Shown: piece by piece, positions 11,775 through 25,379 of the stretch | Layout: the number at the start of each line of letters is the position of its first letter | Numbering within the stretch: the first letter of the stretch is position 1 | Source of the DNA: Eledone cirrhosa | Lineage: Eukaryota | DNA length: 64,000 bases | NCBI GenBank assembly: GCA_964016885.1 | Contig: OZ024757.1 | Coordinates: 5,518,001-5,582,000 of the forward strand | Direction of reading: 5' to 3' | Notes under the pieces: generated by a model | Told to the model about the DNA's origin: nothing | The model's input: only the letters and a program-made list of their open reading frames with translations | Database searches by the model: none | Program-made: the position numbers and the translations under genes

Positions 11775-12980
11775 CATCATCATCATAGTTTTACGTCCGT
11801 TTTTCAATCCTGGAATGGGTTGGATGGGTTCTTTTAAGCACAGCATCTCCCACTCGCTTGCTCCTTCGTTATCTCCTTTGTGAATCTCAGCAATTTGAGA
11901 TCAGCTCTCACCACATCTACCCTGGTCTACCTCTAGTACGGCTTCCCTCCTCTGGTATTCCATGGCACTTCTTTAACCAGTGATCACCATCCATGCATAT
12001 CACACATCCCTACCAAAGCAGTCTTCTCTTTGCACACCACTTCGGTTTCCTCTGAAGCTCAATTTCTTCCTCATTTTATCCAAGCTCGGCCTTCCTCTCA
12101 CCTTTACGTCGCACACCCAACGAAGCATCGTTGCTCCATTTCTCTCCAGCTTATGCATGTCTTCTGCAGTTACTGCCCATGTTTCACTTCCATGCAGTAT
12201 TGCACTTTACACACAGGTATTGTACAGCCAACATTTTGTACGTAGGGAGAAACATTTGCCAACAGTGGACGTGTGTTGTGAACTGAACCATGATGAACAC
12301 CTACCTGTACATTGAATTCCTCACTAAACTCCCTTCCTACTCTCACTTTACTGACACCTCCTTAGTACATGGCTTGCACTGCTCTCAGAAGCCATTCTCC
12401 ACCTAATTTTCTGAAGGACCACCAGATAACAGAGTGAGGTACTCTGCCAAAGGCCTTTTCTAGATCTATAAAAGCTAAATATTGCAGTTTAATCTTGGCT
12501 AGGAACCTCTCTTGTAGCTGTGTCACTAACAAGTTTCATCAGTAATTCCAAAGAGAATATCAATTATATGTGTATGTTTGTTGAACAATGAACATAAAAC
12601 AAAAGTCTAAGATTGCTTCTTAATTTATTCTCTGCATTCATCAATCTCTCATAGTAACATTTCCAGGCCTCTTTCTTTTGAGCATCAGTGGTGCTAAGTG
12701 TACCAGTGTCATTCTAACACACCTTTCCCTGTCTTGCAATGTGGAACACTTCACACCTCTGATTCTCACGTCTCAAGACATTGGCAAACTTTCTTTTTTC
12801 AGCCTCTCTCTGTGTTATGTATACCTGTCTTCTAGCTTCTCTCTTAGCTACCTGGTCCTGGTCTGATACCCTTATTTTTCTAGTCTTTCCATGCCTGTCA
12901 CTTATCTTTAACCCTTTATCATTTAAACTGGCCGTATCCAGCCAGAATTCTCTCACCTCCTGTTCAAACCGGCTGTAACT
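11775..12980 (-). mobile_element. Decayed RTE-clade LINE fragments
   Basis: (CAT)n tail at 11775; AFIDLEKAF-like and REARRQVY segments homologous to other RTE copies. Confidence 0.75.
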
Positions 12981-13280
12981 CGCTGCTCATATTGATGTTA
13001 ATGTATTGTCCTCAAAATAAGTAATATCAAAGTCTCATAGATTCAATATTATGTGAGATAAAGACTTTACCATGAAAATATAATAGTAAATATAGAGTAA
13101 TGTAAATGCTACAGGGTTAATAGCTCTATCTACTGTGCTATTTCACCACTAGGTCACCCTCTGCTGGCTGGTACTTTGTTCTAGCCACAAGTCTTATCAA
13201 TTATTCCAAAGAAATTGTCAATTATATATGTGTGTTTGTGGGTATTGAACATTTAAAATAAAACAAAAGTCTGAGATATG

Positions 13281-13463
13281 GTTCATTGTTTTACAATCGT
13301 TTCAGAGGGTTGATTGATCATGGTAAATCAATATATTGATATGGTGTGATTGATCAGGGATTTTGAGACTAGAAATAGTTAGTGACATAACAACTACCTG
13401 TTTGTCAATATATCAATCTACCATGATCAATCAAATCTCTGAAATGATCATAAAACAATGAAC
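13281..13463. repeat. Fold-back inverted repeat, about 60-bp arms
   Basis: GTTCATTGTTTTA..TTTCAGAG..TTGATTGATCATGGTA versus TACCATGATCAATCAA..CTCTGAAA..TAAAACAATGAAC. Confidence 0.7.
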
Positions 13464-13713
13464 TAATCAAGAACATATCTTTGTCTCTAGTTTTACTTTC
13501 ATTGTTCAAAACACACACATATATATAAATGACTCTGTAACTCTAGAGGAATCTTTGAAGGAACCTTATGTGATGAGATCCTACTACAAAAACTATAACT
13601 TTCACCACCCAATCTTGTTGAAACCATCTCTTCAAGGCTGCAATGAGTTCTAACAATGTTATCGGTCTCTCCCTAAACATTTGAATACTAGTATATATAG
13701 TATATATATATAT

Positions 13714-15336
13714 ATCATCATCATCATTTTACGGCCGCATTTCCCTGCTTGCAAGGATGGGATAAGTCCTATTCAGCATCTCTCCACTTTATGTGACAGT
13801 AGTCACATAAATTGCTACAAAGGTAAAGGGGATACTCTGGAGAGGAGCAATTATAGGGGTATAAAACTGACAGATCAGCTTGCAAGGGTGGGACGGGTCT
13901 TACTCAGCACAGTATCTCTCCACTTGTCACGGTCCTCCGTCATCTCCTCGGTGAGTTTCAGTGATCTGAGGTCTGCTCTCCCCACCTCCGCCCATGTTTG
14001 TCGTGGTCTTCCTCTACTGTGTCTACCTTCAACTGGTATTTCTTGGCACTTTTTTACCCAGCGGTAATCCTCCATGCACATCACATGTCCATAACATCTC
14101 AGTCTTCTCTCCTGCACACCACAACTTAACCCTCTTATACCTAGTTTCCTTCTCAACTCGTCTATGCTTGGTCGTTCGCATATGTTGACATTGCACATCC
14201 AATGGAGCATGCTTGCTTCATTTCTCTCCAACTGTCGCATATCCTTTGCAGTTGCTGCCCATGTCTTACTACCATGCAGCATCGCTCATTTCACACAGGC
14301 ATCATAAAACTGTCCTTTCGTATGCAGGGAGAAACCCTTCTTTGTCTACAGAGGAAGCAGCTCCCTAAACTTCTTCCAACCCTTCCTTATTCTAGATACT
14401 ATGGCCTCGGAATACCCCCCTCTGATGCTAATCTGATCACCTTGGTACCGGAAGCTATCAACCACTTTTATAGAAACTACCTGCATTTGAAAAATGTGTC
14501 TATCACAGCGATTACTACTTCCAACTTTCCCTATACATCTACTGCATACTTAGTTTTCCCTACCTGATGGTCTGCCTGCTATCCCACTACATCTCTTGTT
14601 TACCCAAGATCTGCATTGCGTACATTTTATGGAATTTATGCCAGTTCCTTTCCCACATATCGAACATGGCCATTTCCCTGATGGAATCAGAGTATTCTCC
14701 TCTTTTCTACTGATCAACACTTTTGTTTAAGCTATGTTCACTCTCAGGCCTCTTGATTCCAACTGCTGTTTCCATAGCCAGAATTTATTCTCTAGCTCCT
14801 CAACTGATTCTGCTATAAGAACCAGATCATCAGCATAGAGAAGTTCCCATGGGCATCCAGTCTTAAACTCTTCTGTTATGGCTTGGAGTACTATAATAAA
14901 CAAGAGAGGGCTGAGGACCGAACCTTGATGTACACCTGCTTGTATCTGGAATTCCTCACTAAACTCCATTCCTATTCTCACTTTACTGACAGCACCCCTG
15001 TACATAGCTTGCACTGTCCTCACAAGCTATTCATCTACACCTAGTTTCCATAGGACCATCAGATGACAGATTGGGTTACCCTATCAAAGGCCTTCCCTAG
15101 GTCAACAAAAGCTAAGTATAGTGGCTTATTCTTCTCTAAGAACCTCTCTTATAGTTGCCTCACTAAGAAGAGGGCATCTGTTGTACTTTTCCGAGGCACA
15201 AAACCAAACTGCATCTCATCTGGTCTGACCCTTTCTCTAATCAGCTGCGCTAATATTCTCTCTGCCACTTTCATAACCTGATCCATCAGCTTTATGCCCC
15301 TATAATTGTTCCTCTCCAGAGCATCCCCTTTACCTT
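13714..15336 (-). mobile_element. 5'-truncated RTE-clade LINE (RT to 3' end)
   Basis: GVHQGSVLSPLLF, WELLYADDL, RRLRCYGHV, GRPRQTW; (CAT)n tail on +. Confidence 0.9.
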
Positions 15337-15343
15337 ATATATG

Positions 15344-15380
<37 letters not shown>

Positions 15381-15763
15381 ATTTATATATATATATATTT
15401 ATATAGTAATAAAATATAATAAATTTGAAGACTAAAATCCAAAGAAGGCTCGATAAGGATAAATATATATCAAATATATAAGAACCGTAGAGCAAATATT
15501 TATTAAAATAACAGATTAAAGTTTAAGCAAAGAATCGCTGCTTTCACCCTTAACGGGATCTTCTGAAGAAGGGTGAAAGCAGCGATTCTTTCAGGACTGA
15601 ATAAATTAACTGATATAAAAGATACAGAAGCGAAAACCAACCAAACAGTGTGTTCTGTTATTAATTCTGGCAATATTATTACAACAATATGACCCTCCCC
15701 AAGTATAACAATATTTGTTTTGACACGATTTCATATCAAAAACCTTGCAAACCAAATATATAT

Positions 15764-17900
15764 ATCATCATCAGCATTTTACGTCCGTTCTTCCATGCTA
15801 GCATGGGTTAGACGGGTTGTCCTGTTGTGGACAACCTGCAGTGTCTGGTCAGCTGACCATGCCTTGCTCATACAGGAACTGATTTTGGCTTGATTTCTAC
15901 AGCTGGATGCCCTTCCTAACACCAACCTCATTTACAGCGAGTGTTGGGTGCTTTTTTCCCTGGCGCCTACACGTCCACTTTACAGTGTGGGCTGAGTGCT
16001 TTTTTGCCATGGCACCTCCACGACCACTTTGCAGTGGGTGGGTGTGGGGGCATATTGTCTATATGCTTCAGCTTGTACCCATGGGAGGACGGGTACTCTG
16101 TATTGCTGCGTGACGCCAGAGGTCACGGTCGTGTCATCACCTTTGAGAGGTGTAATTGGGTAAGGTCGGCTTTTATCACCTCATCCCAGGTCTTCTTGGG
16201 TCTCCCCACTCCGCGGTTTCCATTGACTTCTAGTGCTCTGCACCTTTTTATGCATCTGTCATCCTTCATACGCATCACATGTCCATACCAACGCAACCGC
16301 CTCCCCTGCACACATCATTTGATTCCTCTTATGCTCAGTCTCTCTCTCAATTCATTTATGCTTTGCCGTTCGCATATATTACTATTACACATCCATCGGA
16401 GCATGCAGGCTTCGTTTCTTTCTAATCTACGTAAGTCTTCCACCTTCAGTGCCCAGGTCTCACTACCATGTAACATTGCTGTTCGGATACACGCAACATA
16501 CAGTCTGCCTTTCATTTTGAGGTTCCTAATCAACTGTGCTATAACTCTTTCTGTTACTTTCATGACCTGGTCCATCAGCTTTATACCTCTATAGTTTCCT
16601 CTATCTAGTGCATCACCTTTACCTTTGTAGCAGTTGACAATGATGCTACTGCACCAATCTTTTGGTATGACACCTTCTAGTATTACCTGGTTAACGATAC
16701 GTGTGGTTATAGTGTGAACTACAGACCCAGATGCCTTCAGCATCTCAGCAGCTATAGCCGATGGACCGGTTGCCTTCCCCATCTTCATATCTTTGATTGC
16801 CTTACTTACTACGCTGCTGCTGACTTGTACTGCTGGTCCCTCTATAGGGTCTACTTGGGGTAGGGTCTCTTCTTCCCATGCATTCTCCTCATTTAGTAAT
16901 CTATCATAATGGCTCTTCCATGCATCTCTCTTCTCAGCACTTGTGAGGGCAAGCTCACCTTTATCAATCCAGATACACTTCTCTCCAATGACATCACAAC
17001 TATCTCTGACACACTGCCTCGCAATCTTGAATACCTCCTGTTTCTGGTCCTCACATTGCAAAACATGCTTGAATTTTCCTATCCTCTGCTTCCATCCTAG
17101 CTAAGTATACTTGTCGCCTAGCTTCCCTCCTGGTCTCTATGTAATGTACCCTGCTTCCCCCGTTTTTCCATTCTTTCCATGCCTGTCTCTTGGCCTTAAC
17201 TGCCTCATCTACCTTATTGTTCCACCACCAAGTCACTCTCCTCCTGCTTGTGGTCTTACTCCAGCCACAAACCTCATCCGTCACCTCTAGTAAGTTATTT
17301 TTTAGAAACTCCCAGTGCTCTTCTACATTGAATGTCTGTATCTGTTCTTCTTTACTGTCGTAGGCATTGAGTAAAATATCTTTAAATCTGTTACTGGCCT
17401 AGGGGTCTTTCAGCTTTCAGATCTTTCTTCTCCAGGTTGGCCTCTGTTTCCAGGTTCATCTAGTTCTGACTGTGAGGTCGCTGACAACTAAGCTAAATTG
17501 GGAGGTACATTCCTCACTAGGGAAGGCTTTTGTGTTTACAACCGTTCATCTGCCACGTCCTCTGATCAGGATAGAATCTATCTGACTAGAGTGCTCCCCT
17601 GATCTATAGGTGATCAGGTGGTTGTCGGGTTTTTTGAAGTTTGTGTTACATATCGACATGTCATTGGCGTCGCAGAATTCTAGAAGTCTGAATCCTTCCT
17701 CATTTCTTGTGCCAACCCCGTGGCCTCCATGGACTCTATTGAAGCCATCACAGTGTTTACCTACGTGTCTGTTAAAATCTCATGCGATGATTAGGAAATC
17801 ATTGTCATTTGTTAGAGCAGTAGTGTGCGTTAGGTACTCGTAAAACCTATCCTTAAGTTCGTCTGGCAACCCCAATTGGGGTGTGTAAGCTGATATTATT
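15764..17900 (-). mobile_element. RTE-clade LINE with endonuclease region and internal deletion of the RT core
   Basis: APE remnants about 17400-17900, TWWWN, NYRGIKL then directly KMKGRLY, RRLRWYGHV, long 3' UTR, (CAT)n tail. Confidence 0.88.
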
Positions 17901-18084
17901 GTATATATATATATATTATTGTATGTATATATATATATATATTTAAAGGTTAAACAAGGTTCAATGAATAAATCAAAGAATGAGTTTTACAATAGATTGG
18001 AAGCACTCAACAGTTAGGGTTTTCCGGAGTTATTAATATTAATTCAAAATATTAACAAAAATAGACCTTCATGTGATTAAGTAT

Positions 18085-18149
18085 ATTTTACTATACATAT
18101 TTCAGAGGTACTGAGCTAACTTCAACAGTATGTCCTCATCAGATAAAAT
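18085..18149 (-). ncRNA. Minimal hammerhead motif, left arm
   Basis: Reverse complement TTTTAT-CTGATGA-GG..TACTG..CAGTACCTCT-GAAA-TATGTA-TA-GTAAAA. Confidence 0.6.
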
Positions 18150-19549
18150 AAGATGATGCATGGCATACCCTGACATAGTAGATGGTTAAGATTCAGTCAT
18201 GGTAGTGAATAAGATATGATAAAACTCAATATTTATATACCTTAAGATTGAGACATGAAAAAACTTACATATAATACAGAGGCTGCATGTGAGAAAGCTT
18301 AAACATAGATAATAGCAATTTACATAATTGTTAGAGATTCAAATAATTTAAATTATTGAAGAAAGAAGAAAGACAGAGAGAAATAGATGAGGGGAGAATA
18401 TAGTTACTAGAAGTATAGAAAGCAAAAGAGAATTGATCAAGGATAGAGAGACAAGGAGGAATAATTTTTATAGTATAAAGCATAGGGAGGGAGGTTTGTA
18501 TTGTCTTGGATGAATAGGGTGTGATTAGATAATGCAAAAATGTTATATATCTATACAAACACATGATTATACATTTGGGCATAGATAGCTTTGCGAAAGA
18601 GTAAATTCGAATCTTTGAATTATTGAATTATCTAGAAGTATCCATCAATCTAAATATTAAATATATCTGGGTGTAATTATATGAATTTTTAAAGTTATAA
18701 CTGTAATTATTTTCTAAATTATATAATGTGAATTATTTTTAATATAATATAAAATAATATAATTTAATATGGATTACCTTCGTGAGGATGAAAATATTAA
18801 GTCTTCTTTCTCATGTTTGCAAATACTTTAAATAGGATTTTATAAATAAAATAGTATACTTTAATATAGTATACTTTAATATTAATATAGATATTTATAA
18901 ACTTTTATAGCCTGAAATATTATACATTTTGATTAATTCATCATTCTGAACTAACTTAAATGATTTGAAATTTAACGGTCAGCCGGATACCTTTGGATAT
19001 ATATAGTCTATATAATTAATTGTTAGTATATTTCTAATTAACTAAGGACACGAAGTTAAACCCTCATATAATTACACCCAGATATATTTAATATTTAGAT
19101 TGATAGATACTTCTAGATAATTCAATAATTCAAAGATTAAAGTTTACTCTTTCACAAAGCTATGCCCAAATGTATAATCATGTGTTTGTATAGATATATA
19201 AAATGTTTGCATTATCTAATCACACCCTATTCATCCAAGACAATACAAACCTCCCTCCCTATGCTTTATACTATAAAAATTATTCCTCCTTGTCTCTCTA
19301 TCCTTCATCAATTCTCTTTTGCTTTCTATACTTCTAGTAACTATATTCTCCCCTCATCTATTTCTCTCTGTCTTTCTTCAATAATTTAAATTATTTGAAT
19401 CTCTAACAGTTATGTAAATTGCTATTATCTATTTTTAAGCTTTCTCAAACGCACCCTCTGTATTATATGTAAGTTTTTTCATGTCTCAATCTTAAGGTAT
19501 ATAAATATTGAGTTTTGTCATATTTTATTCACTACCATGACTGAATCTT

Positions 19550-19614
19550 ATTTTATCTGATGAGGACATACTGTTGAAGTTAGCTCAGTACCTCTGAAAT
19601 ATGTATAATAAAAT
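19550..19614 (+). ncRNA. Minimal hammerhead motif, right arm
   Basis: TTTTAT-CTGATGA-GG..TACTG..CAGTACCTCT-GAAA-TATGTA-TA-ATAAAA. Confidence 0.62.
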
Positions 19615-19891
19615 ATACTTGATCACACGAAGGTCTATTTTTGTTAATATTTTGAATTAATATATATATACTGTGACCTCTTCAGTGACTGAGGATACTT
19701 TTCTTTGTTTTGTGCCTCTCCTTTGTTCTGTCCTATGCCATCTTGTTTTTGTGTGTTTTGTGTCACAGAATGTGTGACGAAAAAACTTTGACAATATATG
19801 AACAACCGTCCGGTTATATATATATATTATATTTAAAATTGAAAAAGTGGAGAAAAACATGGTCAACAGTACAAAAAAGGGGATTTATTTG

Positions 19892-20001
19892 CAGTCTAAC
19901 AATTGTTTCGCTGATAAAGTTGTCTAAAAATTGCTGAACTCTAAAAGCAGTGCCACTCAATTTTAAATCCAATGTTAGCTCTATCAGATCTTCGGAGACT
20001 G
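19892..20001 (-). ncRNA. Hammerhead motif in inverted pseudo-LTR, variant core CCGAAGA
   Basis: Reverse complement CAGTCT-CCGAAGA-TCTGATAG...TTATCAGC-GAAA-CAATTG-TT-AGACTG. Confidence 0.62.
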
Positions 20002-22856
20002 TTAAAAAAATATATATATATGTAACCGGCAAATTTAATTTACAAATTCAAATTACATCATCAATAATAATATTAATAATAAAGATATAGAGAGAAAAGG
20101 AGGAAGAAAGGGAGACAGATACAGTAAAGAAAGAAAGGAAAGGAAGGAGAAAGAAGAAGTATATATTATAGTAAAGGTAGACAAAACATCAAATGTATAC
20201 ACCATGAGCCTTAATACATACAACAATTTTATATGCCGAGAATTACATAAAAAACACAAGAAAACTACAGCGGCTACACTCAAAAGCCTTAACAAAGAAG
20301 GTCTTAAAATAGTAAAAAAAGTTAAAATATCCGATAGAACAGAACCTCTAACCTCTTGTAAACCCACTTTTAATCTGAAGGATCATAAATGTAACTTCGA
20401 AACTAACCCTACTATTAGATTAATATGTCCACCAAAATCAGATATAGGCAGAATTTGCAAGTTTATACTAGACAGAATAATACCATAAATTAAAGAACAA
20501 CTAATAATCAAGCTCTGGGGTAACACAAATGAAGCAGTAGATTGGTTTAATGAATTAGACAAGAGTGAATCTCACGACTTTATACAATTTGACTTAAATG
20601 ACTACTACTCTTCTATTTCCCCAGTTACCCTAAATAAGGCACTATCCTTTGCACAAAAAAACTCTGACCATTCACCAGATGAAATTAAAATAATACTAGC
20701 TGCTAGAAGAACAATCATTAAATTCGACAATAATTACTGGGAACGAAAAAATAGACAGAATCACTTTGATATAACTATGGGATCAAATGATTCAGCCCAA
20801 ATTACAGACATTGTTGGAATTTATATAGCACATTTCTTACATAGGGAATTTGATAACCTACAAGGAGGAATCTATAGAGACGATACACTACTTTTAAGCT
20901 AAAAACTTAAATAATCAAAACTAAGAAAGATTAAGGAAAAAGATTAGAAAATTCTTTAATAATTTAGGCCTTAACATCACTTTTGAACCCAACTCTAAAA
21001 AAGCTAACTTCTTAGATGTATTGCTCAACCTTAACTCAGGACTAATAGAACCCTTCCATAAAAATAATGAAAATTTAGCTTACATTGATTATAGCTATAA
21101 TCACCCTCAATCCATAATTAACTCCATAGCACATAGTATATCCCTTAGAATCTCACACCTATCTTTTAACATAGAAATGTTTAATGGACACGCTAACTAC
21201 TACAACATAGCTTTACTTAAGGTAGGCCATAAAGAGATACTCAAATACATACTAGATACAAAAAAATAACACACTTAATATTAATAGCACCATCCACACC
21301 TATAGAAACAACAAACCTAGGACTAAGCATAAAAATTGGCAACAAGCACGTAAATTAAAAGAACAGAATACTAATACAGAGAGCACTAATAACTATAGAA
21401 GATGCAGAAATAGAAACTACTTATGGTTCAATCCAATGTTTAACTCCTCTATAAAAACTAAGCTACCTTACGCTTTGTTCAAATTAGTTGACAAACATTT
21501 CCCTAAAATTCATAAATATCATAAAATCTTTAATAGAAAAACTATCAAACTATCATACTCCACTGCCAACAACATTTTATCGCACATACATAAAATTAAC
21601 TATAAAAGAATTTATAATACAAGTGGCCCGCAAATAAGTACCACAACACCTAATACAAAACATAAGCATATAACATCATCACAACCAAACACACGTTAGA
21701 GCATATCACCACAATACATCAACAAACCCAATTCTCAGCCCATACATAGCAACCTACAAAACCATATAGAAGAACCGGGACATAGAAAAGCATCTAAATG
21801 TAACTGCCATCTACCTGACAAATGCCCTTTACAAAATAGATGCCTAGAGACAAATATAGTATACCTATGTACTATAAATTCAGGTAGCTTAGCATGGCAT
21901 TACATTGGGTCCACAGCTGGGGAGTTTTAGAAAAGGTGGTACGTACATAGACACTCTATGACTAACAGGAATATCTCAAATACAACAACTCTCACCAATA
22001 AAATCTGGCAACCCAAAGATGCAAACATGGAATATAAAATCAGCTGGACAAAGCTATCAAACGCAAAGGCTTATCAAATTGGTATGTCCCACTTGGTCTC
22101 TGTAATATGGAACTTTTCCAAATTTTAAATTACAACAAAATTCTTCTTAACAGTAAAATTGAAAACACTATTTTTTGTCGACACAAAACAGCAACTAAAT
22201 TTGAGAATCTTAGACCAGCTTAATTCCATCTTTTCTATTCCATAACCCACATTGTACCACTTGGATCTATTATGATATCACATTATTAACATAATCATCA
22301 TTATAATTATAATTGTCAAAGAACAACATCAAAACCTCTTATATTTACATTCTTATTTTATATATCTTTATTTTAGACTCTCTATCTTTATATTTCTCTC
22401 CCTAAATTTATTTCATCTCTGTCATTTTATTTTATCATATAATATAACTTAAAACTAATTAATTTGTTTATTAAAATAACCAATACACACATAAATATAT
22501 TTAACATTATCATATTTTCACCTTATTATCTCTCCATATATTTCAACAATTCTCAAAAAACATTCTCAATAATTTTAATGTTTAAATATTCTTTGCACCT
22601 TTTTACTCCTTTTACGTATTTATTTATTTTTATTCTTCATTTTTCACATTTTATACCATTTTATATCACATTAGATATAATTTATTTATGTATTTATTTT
22701 TTTAAATATATTTTTTCATATATTTTTTATATATCTATTTTTATTTTTATTTACATTTATTCATGTATTAACGTTTATTCATTTATTTGTCCCTCTATTC
22801 TTCTTTCTATCCTATGGTATTTTTACTTATGTTTGTCTCTCCTCTATCTACCATCA

Positions 22857-23451
22857 TCTATATATATATAAAACTGAGTATGTCTGTCTGTGTGTGGGTG
22901 AGTTCGAATCCCTAAAACTCGAGAACCACCAAACCGACTGTTTTCAAACTTTATACATGTAATACTTATGTTTCAGGGAGTGTTCTGAGCAAAAACAATT
23001 TCAAATTTTCAATGTCCTAGGGACCGCATTAAGCGATTTAGCGTTCTCTCTCTATAATTCTTAGTCTTTCTCTTTTTAAATAGATACATACATATAACGT
23101 CGCGCCCTTATAATATATGTCTGTATGTCTGGCTGTCTGCATTACGTCACTTCCCTGAGGATGTCTGTGTATGTGTGTCTGTGAGTTTGAATCCATAAAA
23201 ATCAAGAAGTACCCAACTGATTTTTTTCAAACTTTACATGTGTATTACTTATGTTTCAGGGCCCACATTAGATGAAAACCTGCAAGTTTCCTGCTTCATC
23301 AAGGAACATCTTAAAGATTATCCAGCCATCAGAGTATTCGTTTTATTTTCTTTACATATTGTCCGGGCATGCAGTTTTTCCACGATTAGGTTTGTTGGTG
23401 GCCCGCATTCCAAAATACCTTATCCCGTGCAACGCCGGGTACCACTGCTAG
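22857..23451 (+). mobile_element. Non-autonomous Helitron nested in the Penelope 3' region
   Basis: A|TCTATATATATAAAACTGAG ... CCCGTGCAACGCCGGG ..CTAG|T; canonical A/T target, no TSD. Confidence 0.88.
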
Positions 23452-23648
23452 TCATCTATATATCTTCTCTTTATATTTCTATCTATAATAATTTCTCCTT
23501 TTTCTTTTTCCTTCCTTTCCTTTCTTTCTTTACTGTATCTATCTCCCTTTCTTCCTCCTTTTCTCTCTATATATTTATTATTAATATAATTATTGATGAT
23601 GTAATTTGAATTTGTAAATTTGCCCGTTACATATATATAAATTTTTAA

Positions 23649-23758
23649 CAGTTTCCGAAGATCTGATAGAGCTAACATCGTATTTAAAATTGTGTGGCAC
23701 TGCTGTTAGTGTTCAGCAATGTTTAGACAACTCTATCAGTGAAACAATTGTTAGACTG
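23649..23758 (+). ncRNA. Hammerhead motif in 3' pseudo-LTR, variant core CCGAAGA
   Basis: CAGTTT-CCGAAGA-TCTGATAGAG...CTCTATCAGT-GAAA-CAATTG-TT-AGACTG. Confidence 0.62.
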
Positions 23759-23880
23759 TAAATAAATCCCCTTTTTTGTACTGTTGACCATGTTATTCTC
23801 CACTTTTTCAATTTTATTACTCCAAGATAAACTGTATTACTGAGTAGCACCAAAGATCTCGGTCCAGTGACATTGTCTTA

Positions 23881-23935
<55 letters not shown>

Positions 23936-23994
23936 ATTATATAAATATATATATATATATATATATGAAACTGTTCGTATACACACATTATTCA

Positions 23995-24620
23995 ACATGC
24001 CCTTTGTTTTCAGGAAAAAGCCTTTAGTAAGTTGCAGTGGTAGTAGCTCCGGAACCTTTTCCATTCCATGTTTACTCAGGCTGCTCTACTTTCAGAACAC
24101 CCACCTCCACTGATGATATCATCACCCAGGTAACAGAAGCTGTCTACCTCTTCTAAGTAACCATCCAAGAGTTTGTTAGAGCTTGTTTCCTGTGAAAGCG
24201 TGTGGCTGAGTGGTTAGAGAATTGGATTCGCAATTGTGAGATTGTGAGTTCGATTAACCATCCAGGTGATGCGTTATGTCCTTGAGCAAGACATTTTATT
24301 TCACATTGCTCCTTCTACCTGGAATTGTGACTAATAAATAGTATTAGCAATTGGAAAGACCAATGGAAACATTGTTTCCTCGGTCCAATTTGACGAAAGT
24401 CAATCGTTGCTTCTTGTGAATGTTTGCTGCTTACTGCTCCTGTGCAATGGCCTCATGTGAAACCTATTTTCTTAGCTAACCTACTTGAGATCCCACTACA
24501 TCTCTTGTGTACCCATTGTTTGTATTTTGGACAGAGAATGGAATTTCTACCTACACCTTTCTAGCACACTGAGCAAGGCCATTTTTCTGAGGGGATCAGG
24601 GCCCTGTTTTCCCTTCTACT
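23995..24620 (-). mobile_element. RTE LINE fragment interrupted by a SINE
   Basis: Homologous to the KWPCSVC..WVHKRCSG and EVDSFCYLGD segments of other copies. Confidence 0.75.
24197..24405 (+). mobile_element. tRNA-derived CORE-type SINE, tail family A; inverted copy at about 29300-29505, tail fragment at about 100-200
   Basis: A box TGGCTGAGTGG, B box GAGTTCGATT, CORE-like CCTTGAGCAAGACA.TTTATTTCACATTGCTCC, tail GGAAAGACCAATGGAAACATTGTTTC. Confidence 0.78.
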
Positions 24621-25379
24621 GATACTTGGCTGGCTAACCCAGACATAGTCCTAAACAAATGAAACACTGGTGGAGTCGTAGGGGTACACTAAGTGACATA
24701 CAGTATTTCTCGGGCATATTTTAAAACCTGATGGAGCCCATCACCTCTCTCATCTGAACACAATTGAGATCTGAATAAAACTTGAAGTGAAATCATATAT
24801 TGTATGGATTCATATAGACTCGTAACTCCTGGTCTAAACACGGCCGATTTCTCCCAGAGAAAGATAGAAAAGAAGTAAGATAAAGATGTAGAGGAACAAT
24901 TGACTCCTACTAATAAAAAGATGGAAGTTAAACTGGTGTTGACATGTCACCAGGAGAGGAAATAATAGCTATATTAGAGAGTCCTATCAGAATGAAATTT
25001 TCACTAAACTGCCATAGAGCAGACTTCTCTAGAGATAGAAGGATGACATTTATAGAGCATGCTGGAATACTACTGTTTGCATTGGATAGGAAAGTTGATA
25101 TCTACAGTTTACCAATATAGAAATATAAAATTTCCACTGTTAAATCTATCTCTGCTTCTTAAGTATTCTCTATTATCTCATACTGTTTCTTTCTTATTTC
25201 AGAATACCAGATGACATTGGGATAAATTATTATTTTCAATCTCGGATACATCACCTCTATTTATCATCATTTGAAGACTATTAACTGAAATCACAGTTGA
25301 GGGAAATATAGAAGATATATTTTTTAGGAATATAATGTAAAAAATATTACAAGTATATTCTGTTGGAGATGAAATTATT

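Larger units (their letters stand above)
18036..19663. mobile_element. Large inverted repeat (about 600-650-bp arms), likely Penelope pseudo-LTR pair
   Basis: 18036-18684 is the reverse complement of 19064-19663; each arm carries a hammerhead motif. Confidence 0.75.
19830..23815 (+). mobile_element. Penelope-like retroelement (probably Naiad clade), 5'-truncated, with inverted pseudo-LTR
   Basis: Decayed ORF about 20200-22220: QFDLNDYYSSI, ITMGSNDSAQI, IYRDD, NFLDV, KHFPKIHKYHKIFNR, CNC-x5-CPL-x3-C, NIVY..YIGST (GIY-YIG). 19830-20170 is the reverse complement of about 23480-23815. Confidence 0.88.

Noticed and set aside
15525-15592. Hammerhead or rho-independent terminator at a 22-bp hairpin containing CTGAAGA..GAAA
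   Set aside because: No stem II on the + strand and the core is CAGAAGA on the minus strand; kept only as a hairpin.
18331-19389. Duplicated small protein MPKCIIMCLY on opposite strands
   Set aside because: By-product of the inverted repeat; no coding features.
21795-21850. Selenocysteine-coding Naiad element
   Set aside because: The Cys codons of the CNC/CPL/C motif are TGT or TGC, not TGA; no SECIS recognised.
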